Part shown: positions 18,126 through 29,538 of the stretch, one piece after another
Position numbering within the stretch: position 1 is the stretch's first letter
How the letters are laid out: every line of letters starts with the position of its first letter
NCBI GenBank assembly: GCA_963662545.2
Contig: CAXXLL010000003.1
Location: 2,395,856-2,459,855 of the forward strand
Direction of reading: 5' to 3'
Length of the DNA: 64,000 bases
Origin: Gammaproteobacteria bacterium
Lineage (GTDB): Bacteria > Pseudomonadota > Gammaproteobacteria > Ga0077536
Notes under the pieces: generated by a model
Databases searched by the model: none
The model's input: only the letters and a program-made list of their open reading frames with translations
What the model was told of the DNA's origin: nothing
Made by a program: the position numbers and the translations under genes

Positions 18126-19793
18126 CTAGTGCGCCACCGCGCCGTCGGCGCCCAGACCGGTCATGGAACGAACGTACTGCTTGTCGAACGCCGCCGACTC
18201 TTGCATCGCCCGCTGGCTGCGGTCGAGCAAGGACACCGCGACGATCACCACGATCGCGGCCGTCATCGAAAATAATGCCGGGTATTTGTAGGGAAAGATC
18301 GCCTCCGCATTGCCCAGGACTTCAACCCAGACAGTGGGCCCCAGTACCACAAAGGCGGTGGCCGTGATGAGGCCCACCGACCCGCCCAGTACGGCGCCGA
18401 GCGTCGTCAGCCGCCGCCAGTAGATCGAAAGAAAGAGAATGGGGAAATTGACGCTCGCGGCGACGGCGAAAGCGAGCAATACCATGTAGGCGACGTTCTG
18501 TCCCTGAAAGGCGATCCCCAGAAATACGGCGATCAAACCCAAGCCCAGCGACGCGATGCGCGATACATCTACGATTTCTCTCTCCGTCGCTCGGCCCTCG
18601 CGGATGACATTGGCGTACAGATCGTGGGCGATCGCCGAAGCTCCGGACAGCGTCAGGCCGGCGACGACTGCGAGGATGGTCGCGAAAGCAACGGCTGAGA
18701 TGAAGCCCAGGAAAAAATCTCCCGCCGTCGCATGCGCCAGGTGAATGGCCGCCATGTTGTCGCCGCCACGCAGGGCGTCACCCGTCGCCACGAGGTATGC
18801 CGGATTCTGTGATACCAAAACGACTGCCCCGAATCCGAGGATGAACGTGAGCAGATAGAAGTAGCCGATGAGCCCCGTGGCAACGAAGACCGACTTGCGC
18901 GCTTCGCGCGCGTCGGGAACGGTAAAAAAACGCATCAGGATGTGCGGCAGGCCGGCCGTACCGAACATCAGCGCGACGCCAAGCGAAATGGCCGAGATGG
19001 GATCCGGCACCAGCCCCCCGGGAAGCAGGGCGTCGCGGCCGGCCGCATGGACGTCGATCGCTTGAGCGAATAAGGCTTCGAGCGAAAAATCTAACCGCGA
19101 TAGCACTAGGAATGCGAGTATCGTCGCGCCGAACAGCAGCAGGGCCGCCTTGATGATCTGCACCCAGGTCGTTGCGATCATGCCGCCGAAACTGACGTAG
19201 ACCACCATCAATACGCCGACGAGTAGAACGGCCGCGTGGTAGGGCAGGCCGAACAGAATCTGGATGAGGGTGCCCGCGCCCACGAGTTGCGCGATGAGAT
19301 ATAGGAGGACGACCGCAAGCGTGCCGCAGGCCGAGAGTATTCGAATCGGTTTTGCGCTAAGCCTGTAACTCACGACGTCCGCAAAGGTGTATTTACCGAG
19401 GTTCCGCAGGCGCTCGGCGAGCAGAAAAAGCACGATCGGCCAGCCGGCAAGCGCCCCGACCGCGTAGATCAGGCCATCGAAACCGCTGGTGTAGACCAGA
19501 CCCGATATGCCTAGAAACGAGGCCGCCGACATGTAGTCTCCGGCGATCGCAAATCCGTTCTGCGTCCCGGTAATGGTGCTTCCTGCCGCGTAGTAATCCT
19601 TGGTCGTGCGAGTATGTTTGGCGGCCCACCAGGTGATCCCGAGTGTGGCAAGGACGAAGACGAGGAACATCGCGATCGCGGTAAAGTTCACCGCGCCGGC
19701 GCCCTCTTCGAGTTTCCCGGCGCCTGTGGCGGCCGCGGCGCTCGACAAGGCGAGCCCGGCCGCGATGGCGGCTGTCTTCATGCCGAAGGCCAC
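18126..19793 (-). CDS. actP: Cation/acetate symporter, SSF family
   Basis: 555 aa, about 13-14 TM helices. N-terminus ..[33 protein letters not shown].. is typical of ActP. Preceded by a DUF485 gene. Confidence 0.85.
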   Translation of the reverse strand: MAFGMKTAAIAAGLALSSAAAATGAGKLEEGAGAVNFTAIAMFLVFVLATLGITWWAAKHTRTTKDYYAAGSTITGTQNGFAIAGDYMSAASFLGISGLVYTSGFDGLIYAVGALAGWPIVLFLLAERLRNLGKYTFADVVSYRLSAKPIRILSACGTLAVVLLYLIAQLVGAGTLIQILFGLPYHAAVLLVGVLMVVYVSFGGMIATTWVQIIKAALLLFGATILAFLVLSRLDFSLEALFAQAIDVHAAGRDALLPGGLVPDPISAISLGVALMFGTAGLPHILMRFFTVPDAREARKSVFVATGLIGYFYLLTFILGFGAVVLVSQNPAYLVATGDALRGGDNMAAIHLAHATAGDFFLGFISAVAFATILAVVAGLTLSGASAIAHDLYANVIREGRATEREIVDVSRIASLGLGLIAVFLGIAFQGQNVAYMVLLAFAVAASVNFPILFLSIYWRRLTTLGAVLGGSVGLITATAFVVLGPTVWVEVLGNAEAIFPYKYPALFSMTAAIVVIVAVSLLDRSQRAMQESAAFDKQYVRSMTGLGADGAVAH

Positions 19794-19797
19794 GGGA

Positions 19798-20115
19798 TCA
19801 GCGGCTGCGCTCCAGGCGCTTGATGATGGCTTCGTTGTCGCGATCGAATTCGCCGTTGGCGCGATGCACGTAGATAGCAGTGAGGATGAAACCGAGCACG
19901 ATGATCGAAACGCCGGCGGGGATGCCCCAGGTGATCACGGTGTCTGGTCCGAGGGGGATTGCGAAAACCCGGGGTGCGAAGGCGATCACCCCAATGAACG
20001 CGAAATAAACCGTAAACATGATTGCCGCCAGCGTCCAACTGAAGCGGCTGCGCCGGCGTTGCAAAGCCTGGAACTCCGCGTCCTCGAAGATCTTCTCGTA
20101 GAAGTCGTCCATCAT
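19798..20115 (-). CDS. yjcH: DUF485 (YjcH-like) inner membrane protein
   Basis: Start taken at MMDDFYEKI (internal to track ORF 19798..20280). 105 aa, two TM helices, 4 nt upstream of actP. Confidence 0.7.
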   Translation of the reverse strand: MMDDFYEKIFEDAEFQALQRRRSRFSWTLAAIMFTVYFAFIGVIAFAPRVFAIPLGPDTVITWGIPAGVSIIVLGFILTAIYVHRANGEFDRDNEAIIKRLERSR

Positions 20116-20185
20116 CGTGAGTCGACAGTTCGATCGAACCAGTGGCCGGTTCAGTTGCGAAACGCGTTTGGCAGTTGCGGCTTTA

Positions 20186-21343
20186 TTACCAGAGCCTGGC
20201 ACTCGCGAGGCGTGCGCCCGCAGCCAGGGACTCGAATTTCTTCCACACGACCGATTCGGCCACCATCTCCCAACCGGCAAATGTGCCGAATCCGCAATCG
20301 GCGCCTGCGATCACTCGCTCTTTGTCCCCGGCGGCATCGACCGCTTCGAGGATCCGGTTGCAAATGACCTGTGGATGTTCGATGTAATTGACGGTGGAGT
20401 CGATCACTCCCGGTATGAGCAGCGTGTCCGGCGGGACGGGGCACTCCTTGAGGGCGGCATATTCGTGCTGATGGCGGGGATTGGCAAATTCGATAGAAAA
20501 AGCACCGACCCTGGCTTCCCGGATGATCGGAAAGATGTCGGCCAGCGGTACATCTCGGTCGTGCGGCCCGTCGTAGTTGCCCCAGCATACGTGTAAACGG
20601 ATGCGATCAGGTGGAATATTCTCGCAAGCCTCGTTGATCGCGTCGATGTGGATAGCAATGGCATCTTGAAATTCTTTCAGTGTGTGGTGCTGAAACATTC
20701 CATGCCATTCCATTGCGAGATCCGGGCAATCCAGTTGCAGCAGGTAGCCCCGTTCGTAGATCAGTTCGTATTCCTTCTTCATTTCTCGCCCCACGGCGCG
20801 AACGTAAGCTTCATGAGAATCGTAATACTGATTACCCATCGTAGTGCACACGATGCCAGGGCATGCGGCGGTCATGAACGGTTCGACATATTTTCCGCTC
20901 ACGTCTGCGAGCGCCGCGTCGAACATGTCGCACTCGCGTTTTGCCGGCTCCAGATCGGAGTACCGAACCTCGGCGTCCGCCGCAGGCGCATCGAACACTT
21001 TCGACATCACCATGCCACGGTTTGACCAGATTTCTGCAAAATCTGGAAAATTTGCGAAATCGGTAAACGGATCGCGCGCACTGATCCCGCCGAAGCCTTC
21101 GAGTCGTTGCCCGACATAGGTTTGAAATCCAACCCGCGGTTGCTCGCCGTCGTTGATAACGTCAAGGTGCGCATCCGTCTGCTTGCGGACGCTGTTTTTG
21201 ACACCCTGATCGGCGAGTTGATCGAGGCGCGCCGCGTCGACGGGGCGTCCATCCTCGGCTGCGATCAGAAGATCCGACAGCTCGCGGATCCTCGGCAGAC
21301 TGCCGACGTGCGTAGTCAGAATTCGGTCTTGGCTGGATTTCAT
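20186..21343 (-). CDS. Cobalamin-independent methionine synthase-like (MetE C-terminal / UROD-like) protein
   Basis: 385 aa. N-terminus ILTTHVGSLPR..DVINDGEQPR and overall length fit the MetE-like vitamin-B12-independent family. Confidence 0.65.
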   Translation of the reverse strand: MKSSQDRILTTHVGSLPRIRELSDLLIAAEDGRPVDAARLDQLADQGVKNSVRKQTDAHLDVINDGEQPRVGFQTYVGQRLEGFGGISARDPFTDFANFPDFAEIWSNRGMVMSKVFDAPAADAEVRYSDLEPAKRECDMFDAALADVSGKYVEPFMTAACPGIVCTTMGNQYYDSHEAYVRAVGREMKKEYELIYERGYLLQLDCPDLAMEWHGMFQHHTLKEFQDAIAIHIDAINEACENIPPDRIRLHVCWGNYDGPHDRDVPLADIFPIIREARVGAFSIEFANPRHQHEYAALKECPVPPDTLLIPGVIDSTVNYIEHPQVICNRILEAVDAAGDKERVIAGADCGFGTFAGWEMVAESVVWKKFESLAAGARLASARLW

Positions 21344-21563
21344 GGGTCCCCCAATCGGGGCGGCTGCCGCGGCCCCCGGCGCTTGTGAGCGCTCGTTTCC
21401 CTCTAGCGCTCGCGGTCGCTAAGTGTACACGCTCGTTACTGCCAGGCACATCACGCAGAGACCCGCCCAATGCCGATAAAGCCCGGGAATTTCCGGCCGA
21501 TAAAAGGGAACTGATACCGATTTGGAAACGCCCTAGCACGCGTGAAGCCCAGGAGCAAAGCCC

Positions 21564-24341
21564 TTGCCCGACCCGACGACGACCGCGCCCATCGATGACC
21601 GAATGCAGAAATCGCGGGCCGATCTTCTAGCCCGCTCGGCGCCCGGCGCCCTGCTGTTCACGATTGCGCTGACCGCCTTGATCAGCGCGGTCCTTTGGCC
21701 GCTGGTTGCGCACACGTGGATCCTCGCATGGGCACTCTACATGGGCGGCGTGAGCCTGGCGCGCTACCTGCAGATACGCTCCTATGCCGCTGCCACCGCC
21801 GACGCGGACGCTGTGCGGTCGTTCAACAAGTGGTTCGTCGTTGGCGTGCTAAGCGCAGGCGTCGGCTGGGGCGCCGCCGGCGCCTTCTTGTTTCCACCTG
21901 ATGACCTCGTTTATCAAAGTTTTCTCTCCTTTATCCTCGCCGGAATAACGGCAGCATCGGTCACGGTTTACGGTCCCGTCAAACGCGCACTGCGCCTCTT
22001 CGTGCTGGTCGCTCTCCTGCCGCTGGCCGCGAGTCATTTCGTAGGTGCCGACCAGATACACATCGTGATGGGTGCGGCCGTTACGTGTTACATGATCTTT
22101 CTTTACCATCTTGCTTCCATCATGCACGAGTCATTGATGCGGTCACTGACCCGGCGCTTCGAAAATGAAGATCTGATCAACGAGCTTCAAGTCGCGAAAC
22201 ATTTAGCGGAAGACACAAATCAAAAATTGAAAGCCGAAATCTCCATACGCAACAGGAGTGCAAGCGAACTCATGGAAGCGCGGGACAAAGCGCAGCAGGC
22301 TACTCGGGTAAAAAGCGATTTTCTCGCGACCATGAGCCACGAAATAAGAACGCCGATGAATGGCGTGCTGGGGATGACCGAACTGTTGATGAATACCGAA
22401 CTGACCGCTAAGCAGTATCGGTTCGCCGATACCATCCGGCGGTCCGGCGAAGCGCTGCTGGCCATCATCAACGATATCCTGGACTTCTCCAAAATCGAGG
22501 CGGGCAAGCTTGAAATTCAGCATACGGTGTTCGATCTGCGCCAGCTCGTCGAGGACACGATGGCCTTTTTCGCCGAATCCGCCCATCGCAAGAAGATCGA
22601 GCTCGTTACAATGTATCCGCCCGAAGAACACGCCGCCTATCGCGGTGATCCGCAACGTATTCGGCAGATCCTGATGAATCTGATCGCCAATGCGATCAAA
22701 TTCACGGACCGCGGCGAGATTGTCGTCAAGGTCGCGACCCTTCAGCAAAGTGAAGAAAGCAGCACCCTTAAATTCGAGGTCGCCGATACCGGCGTCGGTA
22801 TCAAGAATGACCATCAAGGACGCATCTTCGACTCGTTTCAGCAGGCCGACGGCTCGACCACCCGAAAATTCGGCGGCACAGGGCTTGGTCTCGCCATCTG
22901 CCGCCGCCTGGTTGAGTTGATGCATGGCTCGATTGGCGTAGAAAGCCGGGAGAACGTCGGTTCGACATTCTGGTTTTCGATCGAGCTCAGCACGATGCCG
23001 GAGTCGAGCATCAGCGGCCAGATCAAACCCGACCTCGATCTGAGCGGGATTCGCGTACTTGTCGTCGACGGTAACGAGACGAGTCGCGACATCCTCAAAC
23101 ACCAACTGAGTAACTGGGACATGAAATTCCATGCCGCGAGTTCCGCCGCGCATGCCATGAAATACTTGAAGAAGGGTGCAGATCTCGGCAAGACGTTCGA
23201 TCTGACCATCATCGATCACCAGCTCCCCGACAGCGACGGCGTTGACCTCGCGAGGCGAATCAAAAGCGATTCCGCGATCGCCGACACTCGGTTGATCATG
23301 TTGAGCTCGATCGATCAACTTGATCAGACCGGGCAATGGTATCTGGCCGGAATCGAGGTCTACATCAACAAACCCATACGCCAGGTCGAGCTCTACGACG
23401 CTGTCTCGAATGCGTTGAGCGAATGTGGACCAGGCTCGACAAGCCAGCCGCAGCGACGAACGAGCAAAAAGGCGCTCGCCGAAAAACAGAGCCACGAAAT
23501 CGGTGCCCACGTACTCCTCGCGGAAGACAATCCGGTCAACAAAGAACTGGCGAGAGCCATGCTCGAGGATCTCGGCTGCACCATCGTAGTGGTCGGCGAT
23601 GGCCGCGAGGCAGTCGAAGCCATCGCCGAAGCGCCTCTGGACCGTAAACAACGGCGCTATGACGTAGTATTGATGGACTGTCAGATGCCCCGGATGGACG
23701 GCTTCGAGGCGACGCTCGCGATCCGACAGTGGGAAGCGGACAACGGCGAGGACACGCCGCTGCCCATCGTCGCCGTGACCGCCAACGCAATGGAAGGCGA
23801 TCGGGACCGGTGTCTGGCCGCGGGCATGAGCGACTACCTGAGCAAACCGTTTGGCCGGGAGCAGCTCGCCAAGATCGTCAAACGCTGGATGACGGTCGAC
23901 GTCGAGATGACCCATCTCGCAAAACAGCGGGAACAAAAGAGATCCGCGTTGCCGGTACGCGAAAATTCGAGCGCCGATGTGCTGGCGGATCTCGACCATG
24001 CCGCATTGAACAATATTCGCGCTCTGCTGAGGGACGGTTCGAATGCAATACTCGCCAAAATCATCGGCATGTATCTGACCAATTCACCGATACTTCTGGG
24101 AAAGCTTCAGGAAGCCGCCGTCTCCGGCAACGGCGAATTGATGCGTGCGTCCGCGCACAGTCTTAAATCGGCCAGCGCCAACCTCGGTGCGTCCCGGCTC
24201 GCCGAATTATGCGAGGAACTCGAAGACTTTGGCCGTAATGACAATGCAATCAGTTCGCTTGCTACCTTGGGTATCGTCGAGTTCGAGTTCGAAGCGGTCT
24301 GCAATGCCTTGAGCCTGGAGCTGGATGACAAGGCCGCTTGA
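21564..24341 (+). CDS. Hybrid sensor histidine kinase: membrane sensor, HisKA, HATPase, two REC domains and a C-terminal HPt
   Basis: 925 aa, TTG start. About 6 N-terminal TM helices, H-box [16 protein letters not shown]-box GTGLGLAI, two receiver domains (VLVVDGNE.., [16 protein letters not shown]), HPt [14 protein letters not shown]. Confidence 0.9.
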   Translation: MPDPTTTAPIDDRMQKSRADLLARSAPGALLFTIALTALISAVLWPLVAHTWILAWALYMGGVSLARYLQIRSYAAATADADAVRSFNKWFVVGVLSAGVGWGAAGAFLFPPDDLVYQSFLSFILAGITAASVTVYGPVKRALRLFVLVALLPLAASHFVGADQIHIVMGAAVTCYMIFLYHLASIMHESLMRSLTRRFENEDLINELQVAKHLAEDTNQKLKAEISIRNRSASELMEARDKAQQATRVKSDFLATMSHEIRTPMNGVLGMTELLMNTELTAKQYRFADTIRRSGEALLAIINDILDFSKIEAGKLEIQHTVFDLRQLVEDTMAFFAESAHRKKIELVTMYPPEEHAAYRGDPQRIRQILMNLIANAIKFTDRGEIVVKVATLQQSEESSTLKFEVADTGVGIKNDHQGRIFDSFQQADGSTTRKFGGTGLGLAICRRLVELMHGSIGVESRENVGSTFWFSIELSTMPESSISGQIKPDLDLSGIRVLVVDGNETSRDILKHQLSNWDMKFHAASSAAHAMKYLKKGADLGKTFDLTIIDHQLPDSDGVDLARRIKSDSAIADTRLIMLSSIDQLDQTGQWYLAGIEVYINKPIRQVELYDAVSNALSECGPGSTSQPQRRTSKKALAEKQSHEIGAHVLLAEDNPVNKELARAMLEDLGCTIVVVGDGREAVEAIAEAPLDRKQRRYDVVLMDCQMPRMDGFEATLAIRQWEADNGEDTPLPIVAVTANAMEGDRDRCLAAGMSDYLSKPFGREQLAKIVKRWMTVDVEMTHLAKQREQKRSALPVRENSSADVLADLDHAALNNIRALLRDGSNAILAKIIGMYLTNSPILLGKLQEAAVSGNGELMRASAHSLKSASANLGASRLAELCEELEDFGRNDNAISSLATLGIVEFEFEAVCNALSLELDDKAA

Positions 24342-24414
24342 GGCTGAACTGATTCGCTAGGGTAGTATCCATCGCAGGCTGAACCTCTTCAGCGGCCATG
24401 GGTCCAAAGTCGCA

Positions 24415-24993
24415 ATGCTCGCCCGCTCGCCGTCAAGAATGAATGCTCTTCGCGTCGCCACCGTTGTCGGCCTTCTCGGCCTCGCAGCCGCGCTCGTGAC
24501 CGCAACCGGGGCGCCTGCGCTCGGCCAACAGATCGGGATCCCGGCGCCCGAATTCACCCAAACCGAGCCCGACTCGTGGTTGAACAGCGCGCCGCTAACG
24601 CTTAGCGATCTCCAGGGCCAGGTTGTGCTGGTCGATTTCTGGACGTTTGACTGTTGGAACTGCTATCGCTCGATTCCCTGGCTGAAAGCGCTCGAAGAAC
24701 GGTTCAAGGCCGATCCCTTCACGGTGATCGGTATCCATACGCCCGAGTTCGATCACGAACGCAAGCTTGGCAACGTACGCGCCAAGGTGGCCGAATTCGA
24801 ACTCACCCATCCCGTCATGATCGACAATGATTTTTCATACTGGCGTGCGATGGGTAATCGGTACTGGCCGGCGTTTTACCTGATCGACAAGCAGGGCGTG
24901 GTACGTAAGGCGTTCGTCGGGGAAACCCATGTCGGGGATTCCCAGGCCCGGCGAATTCAACATGCCGTATCCGAATTGTTGACTGAAAAATAG
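24415..24993 (+). CDS. Periplasmic thioredoxin-fold thiol:disulfide oxidoreductase (TlpA/DipZ C-terminal-like)
   Basis: 192 aa. Signal peptide and redox motif VDFWTFDCWNCYRS. Confidence 0.75.
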   Translation: MLARSPSRMNALRVATVVGLLGLAAALVTATGAPALGQQIGIPAPEFTQTEPDSWLNSAPLTLSDLQGQVVLVDFWTFDCWNCYRSIPWLKALEERFKADPFTVIGIHTPEFDHERKLGNVRAKVAEFELTHPVMIDNDFSYWRAMGNRYWPAFYLIDKQGVVRKAFVGETHVGDSQARRIQHAVSELLTEK

Positions 24994-25179
24994 AATCCTA
25001 CGGAATTGTCCGACGCTATCGACACTGTTAGCTCGCGACGCAGGGTCCTACTACTCCGCATACTGCCCCGTATCGACGCCCGGTCGCTTGACTTGTCACC
25101 CTGGTTTGGTGACTCTCGCCCCGTTTCGCTGATCCTGCCGTAGACGCAGGGCGTCGAATATTGCGAACACGGGAGGGCT

Positions 25180-25440
25180 AGCCCGCCTATTGCATAAAGG
25201 CGGCCGCGGCGCTCAGAGAAGTTGTTGAGCAAACAGGATTATTTAGGCCATTTGGCAATGTTCGAGCCAATCGCAACTTGTACCGCCGCTTGCGGCCTAC
25301 GACGGCGCCGGCTGGTCCATGCGCGCCTGGACTCAGGTCAAGCTCTCGCCATAGCTACAGCTCAGACTCGAGCTCCAGACTGGCGTCCAGACGCTCCTGT
25401 CCTGCGCCAGCACCGCCGTCCTTCATGCAATAGGCGGGCT
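25180..25440 (+). promoter_or_regulatory. Long-range inverted repeat in the leader of the MFS gene (16 nt perfect arms, stem extendable inward)
   Basis: AGCCCGCCTATTGCAT at 25180-25195 is the exact reverse complement of ATGCAATAGGCGGGCT at 25425-25440. The right arm ends 5 nt before the ATG at 25446 and covers the only purine-rich (AGGCGGG) SD-like stretch. Confidence 0.4.
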
Positions 25441-25445
25441 CTCTA

Positions 25446-27149
25446 ATGACCGGACTGTTGTCCAAATCACGCATCGTCGCGAAACCCGGTTTCAATCGCT
25501 GGCTGATAGCACCCGCGGCGCTGGGTATTCACTTGTGTATTGGTTCGGTCTACGCCTGGAGCCTGTTCAACCCCGCATTGGTCAAACGAATCGGCGTCGT
25601 CACCAGTGCTGCAGACGATTGGTCGCTAAAGAGCGTTGTCTGGATCTTCACCGTGGCGATCGTTTTCCTGGGCCTGTCCGCGGCGATCGCGGGTAAGTGG
25701 CTGGAGCAGGTCGGTCCGCGCATGGTCGGCGTCGTGTCCGCGTGTTGCTGGGGCGGCGGTTTCATCGTCGGTGGCGTCGGGATCATTACCGGACAATTGT
25801 GGCTGATCTACTTCGGCTACGGGGTGATCGGCGGCTGCGGTCTGGGTCTCGGATATGTGTCCCCGGTCGGCACGTTGATCCGCTGGTTTCCGGACCGGCG
25901 CGGCATGGCCACCGGCATCGCCATCATGGGCTTTGGCGGCGGTGCCATGCTCGGCAAGCCGATGATCGACGGCTTTCTACGCCTCTACTACGAAGCCCCT
26001 CAGTATCTCGGGACCGTCGATACCCTGAACCTCGTCACCGAAGCCGGGCGGCGCATGGCCGAAGTTGGCGGCCAGCTTCGAGAAGTCGTCGTCGTCGGCG
26101 CCAACGACACGGCGAATATGATTGTCGAAGGGCCTGCGGGCGTATACCTCGTCGATTCCGGTACGGTTGGCGCCGCGCAGACGTTCTTTACCCTGGGCGG
26201 CATCTATTTCGTAATCATGCTCATCGCCGCCTTTTCGTACCGCCTGCCAGCTGCCGGATGGAAGCCCGCGCATTGGGAACCACCGAGTGAAGATGCCGAG
26301 CAGAGCGCAATGATCACGCGCCACGATGTGGACATCGACCAAGCGCTGAAAACACCCCAGTTCTACCAGCTCTGGATCGTATTGTGTTTCAACGTGACCG
26401 CCGGCATCGGCGTGCTGGCGGTGGCGAAGACCATGATGACCGAGATCTTTGGGACCACCCTTCCCGGTAGAGTCGATCTGGAGTTTGCCGCAACCTACGT
26501 GCTGATGATCAGCCTGTTCAACATGATCGGGCGCTTCCTGTGGGCGAGCGCTTCAGACTACATGGGCCGGAAGAATACCTACCATATTTTTTTCGGATTG
26601 GGGATCCTGCTCTACTGCTCGATCCCGTATTTTGCGCAGCAGGTCAGCGTAAACCCCTCTGTGGTCTGGCTGGTGGGATTCTACGCGGCGACGATGCTCA
26701 TCTTCACCATGTACGGCGGCGGTTTCGCGACGATCCCCGCCTACCTCGCGGACGTCTTCGGCACGCGTTACGTCGGCGGCATCCACGGGCGCTTGTTAAC
26801 CGCCTGGAGCACGGCCGGCGTGCTCGGCCCGCTGGCGATTACAAGCTTGCGTGAGAACGCCGTCACCAAAGCCCTGTCGGATCTCTCAGCCCGCGTCGAA
26901 CCGGAACAGTTTCGCGCGAGCTTTGGCGCCGGCGTCGATCAGCTCGAGCAGTTGGTAGCGGCCAAGACCGTCACGATCTCGAACCTCATGGAGATTGCGC
27001 CGCCCGGCACGACAGATCCGACGTCGGGTTTGTACAACCAGACCATGTACCTGATGGCCTTCCTGTTGTTGCTCGCTTTGATCGCTAACGCTCTGATGAA
27101 GCCGGTCAATGCGAAACATCACATGGCTGAGACGCCCGCCAACACCTGA
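25446..27149 (+). CDS. MFS transporter, oxalate/formate antiporter (OFA)-like family
   Basis: 567 aa, 12 TM helices with a long central loop. N-terminus NRWLIAPAALGIHLCIGSVYAWSLFN is characteristic of the OFA family. Confidence 0.8.
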   Translation: MTGLLSKSRIVAKPGFNRWLIAPAALGIHLCIGSVYAWSLFNPALVKRIGVVTSAADDWSLKSVVWIFTVAIVFLGLSAAIAGKWLEQVGPRMVGVVSACCWGGGFIVGGVGIITGQLWLIYFGYGVIGGCGLGLGYVSPVGTLIRWFPDRRGMATGIAIMGFGGGAMLGKPMIDGFLRLYYEAPQYLGTVDTLNLVTEAGRRMAEVGGQLREVVVVGANDTANMIVEGPAGVYLVDSGTVGAAQTFFTLGGIYFVIMLIAAFSYRLPAAGWKPAHWEPPSEDAEQSAMITRHDVDIDQALKTPQFYQLWIVLCFNVTAGIGVLAVAKTMMTEIFGTTLPGRVDLEFAATYVLMISLFNMIGRFLWASASDYMGRKNTYHIFFGLGILLYCSIPYFAQQVSVNPSVVWLVGFYAATMLIFTMYGGGFATIPAYLADVFGTRYVGGIHGRLLTAWSTAGVLGPLAITSLRENAVTKALSDLSARVEPEQFRASFGAGVDQLEQLVAAKTVTISNLMEIAPPGTTDPTSGLYNQTMYLMAFLLLLALIANALMKPVNAKHHMAETPANT

Positions 27150-27416
27150 GGAACCCCCGGATCGCCAAGATCGGTCCGCCGAGGTCGGCGTCCGGGCGGT
27201 TGCTGGTAGCGCTGAAGTCTCTGAATTAGATTCAATAGTTTGCAACGACGTCGGACACCCGCTTCGTAACACATCGTTAAATGAACCCGAATTGGTAATC
27301 CGTCACGGGCCGGCGCGGACCGCCGAACTAAGGTCCACCTCCAGATTTATCGTCTCAGCAAGGTTCGCCGCGCGCTGGGAATACTCAGCTTCGTTAAATT
27401 TCGGGATAGACCTTCG

Positions 27417-28124
27417 ATGATAAACAAAATCAGATGCCTCGCCTTATTGGCCGGCCTGCTCACGATGGGCAGCGCCCACGCGACGCTGTGGGACATCGTG
27501 GGCGTCCTCGGTTGCAGCAGTGGATTCTGCGCCTCCCTGTTTCACGAATCTTCGGGCGGCAATCCGATGTCGGGAGCGAATGTCGGTGACATCACCGGCG
27601 TTTCGGGAACAACCGGCGCCTTGAATCAGTATGATGATTCGACCAAGAGTTTCGACGGCGGATTCACCCTTTCGAACGCCGGCGGCAACACCACCGTTAG
27701 AATGACCGGCAGCCTGTCCTTCGATGCCGGGACCGGCCTGATGAATGTCGTGTCGAGCCTGAAGACGATCTTTGACGTAACCCCCTTGTATTCGGCGACG
27801 CCTGGATTTACGCCGCCTGAAGGCGATACGCTCTTTTTCGACCTGGGATGGCAGTGTTGCGGTGGAACCGATTTCGACCCAAATTCGTTCAAGGTATCGG
27901 GCTCTCCCTTTCCCGTCGGCGGCATGGTGATGACGATCTGGGGCGCCAATGGCTGGGACGGCAGCGGCTGGCCGGGTTCTAATCTGGGCGTCGATCTGAG
28001 ACTGTTGCTGGTCGAAAATCCGACCCAGCCGCCGAGCACCGGCGTCCCCGAGCCCAGCAGCCTGGCCTTGATGGCCCTCGGCATGGCAGGCATCGGTCTG
28101 CAACGCTTCCGCGTGCGGGTTTGA
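27417..28124 (+). CDS. Secreted PEP-CTERM sorting-domain protein
   Basis: 235 aa. Signal peptide. C-terminus VPEPSSLALMALGMAGIGLQRFRVRV (PEP motif, TM helix, basic tail). Confidence 0.85.
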   Translation: MINKIRCLALLAGLLTMGSAHATLWDIVGVLGCSSGFCASLFHESSGGNPMSGANVGDITGVSGTTGALNQYDDSTKSFDGGFTLSNAGGNTTVRMTGSLSFDAGTGLMNVVSSLKTIFDVTPLYSATPGFTPPEGDTLFFDLGWQCCGGTDFDPNSFKVSGSPFPVGGMVMTIWGANGWDGSGWPGSNLGVDLRLLLVENPTQPPSTGVPEPSSLALMALGMAGIGLQRFRVRV

Positions 28125-28254
28125 CCCGGCACGGAATCGTCCCGGTGGGTCGCGCGTACGGCGCGCGGCCCGTCAACTTTTTTTGTAGCCCAGAATTCTC
28201 ATTATCCTCCCGCGGCGCGCGCCTTTTCGCTCGCCCGCCGATGCGATCCCGCGG

Positions 28255-29109
28255 TCAAGGGGAACCCGCCCCCGGCACCTCGACCCGGCAGGTTTCAACC
28301 CGGGCTTTCTTCGCGCCGGACGCGACCTCTTCGATTTCGCCTTCGTAAGTCAACGCGAACAGGGTGCGGCCGTCCGCGCCACCCAGATTGCAGGCCACCG
28401 CGCGCTTGCCCGGGACTTCGATACGATGGGAGACGTCCCCGCCCTCCATGACGCGAATGAATTCACCGCTCATGAAGCAGGCGACCCAGATCGCACCCTC
28501 CTGGTCGAGGCAGATGCCGTCCGGTGTCCGCTCACCGAGGTCGGCCCATACGCGCCGGTTCGTCAGGCGGCCGTCGCCCGCGCGGTCGAATGCTGTCAGC
28601 ACGTTGCCGAAGGTCTCGGCACAGATCAGCGTTTTACCGTCGCCGGTAATGACGGTGCCGTTCGGAAAATTCATATCGGACGCAGCGATCCGAATCGCAC
28701 GCTCCGGCGTGACCAGAACCAGGTTGGCGAGGGCCGGATCGGCGCCGTTCATGAGATCGAACCCGAAATTTCCGACGTAGATATTGCCGTCGCCATCGAC
28801 GATCGAGTCATTGATATCCGCCGACACCAGCGACGACAGATCAGCATAGTCCGAGAGCACGCCTTCGCCATCGACTTTCACCAGCTTACGGTCGCCCATT
28901 GAAACCACCACGAGGGTTCCATCCGGGAGAAAATTGAGGCCTGAGGGGCGCTCCGGAATTTCTGCGATGACCGTGCGCTCGCCCGCCTCGGTAAGCGTGT
29001 AAATGGTGTGTCCCCACATGTCCGACACCCACAATTTGCCATCGTGCCAGCGCGGCCCTTCGAGAAAAACAAAACCTTCGGCCAGTATTTCGAGCTCGGC
29101 GTTGCCCAT
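28255..29109 (-). CDS. SMP-30/gluconolactonase/LRE family beta-propeller hydrolase
   Basis: 284 aa. FLEGPRWHDGKLWVSD, PSGLNFLPDG, NFPNG. Confidence 0.8.
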   Translation of the reverse strand: MGNAELEILAEGFVFLEGPRWHDGKLWVSDMWGHTIYTLTEAGERTVIAEIPERPSGLNFLPDGTLVVVSMGDRKLVKVDGEGVLSDYADLSSLVSADINDSIVDGDGNIYVGNFGFDLMNGADPALANLVLVTPERAIRIAASDMNFPNGTVITGDGKTLICAETFGNVLTAFDRAGDGRLTNRRVWADLGERTPDGICLDQEGAIWVACFMSGEFIRVMEGGDVSHRIEVPGKRAVACNLGGADGRTLFALTYEGEIEEVASGAKKARVETCRVEVPGAGSP

Positions 29110-29124
29110 AATTCCTCCTCGTGG

Positions 29125-29538
29125 TCAATCGTCATCCAGGCCGAACAGCTGATCGAGTTCGGCGCGTCCGGCATCCCCGTCTGTTGCGGCGGTAGAATCC
29201 GATTCGGTACCGAACAGTAGGTCGAGTTCGGCTCGCGACCTGGTGGCTTCGTCGTTCGACTTCGCCCGGTAGGCGTTCGGCGATGGCTTGAAATAATCGC
29301 AGAAGTTCGCGCGTATCTTGTTCGTTACCTGGGCGGCGATGGGCTCGTCACACGCGTCCGCAACCGAAGGGTTATAGAACACGCACAGCTTGCATACATG
29401 CAGGTCTGCGTCGCACTCACCGCACACTTCCTCGCGCTGCAACGGGAAAAGATCGTCGTCAAGATCCGCACCGCAGCGCCAACATGAGATCACACCATCC
29501 ACGAGATTTTCAATAGCGGTCCAATGAGTATTCCGCAA
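29125..29538 (-). CDS. Cysteine-rich zinc-ribbon-like protein with acidic repeated tail; function unknown
   Basis: 137 aa. CWRCG..CGECD..CKLC..C..C. C-terminal duplicated motif AELDLLFG / AELDQLFG. The start overlaps the dadA-like 3' end by 29 nt, so the start is uncertain. Confidence 0.5.
   Translation of the reverse strand: MRNTHWTAIENLVDGVISCWRCGADLDDDLFPLQREEVCGECDADLHVCKLCVFYNPSVADACDEPIAAQVTNKIRANFCDYFKPSPNAYRAKSNDEATRSRAELDLLFGTESDSTAATDGDAGRAELDQLFGLDDD

Noticed and set aside
21344-21563. Leader of the MetE-like gene checked for a cobalamin or SAM riboswitch.
   Set aside because: Only a GC-rich local hairpin (GAGCGCT..AGCGCTC) was seen. There is no B12 box, no GGGAA..GGTG..CCCGCAAC core and no recognisable SAM-class motifs.
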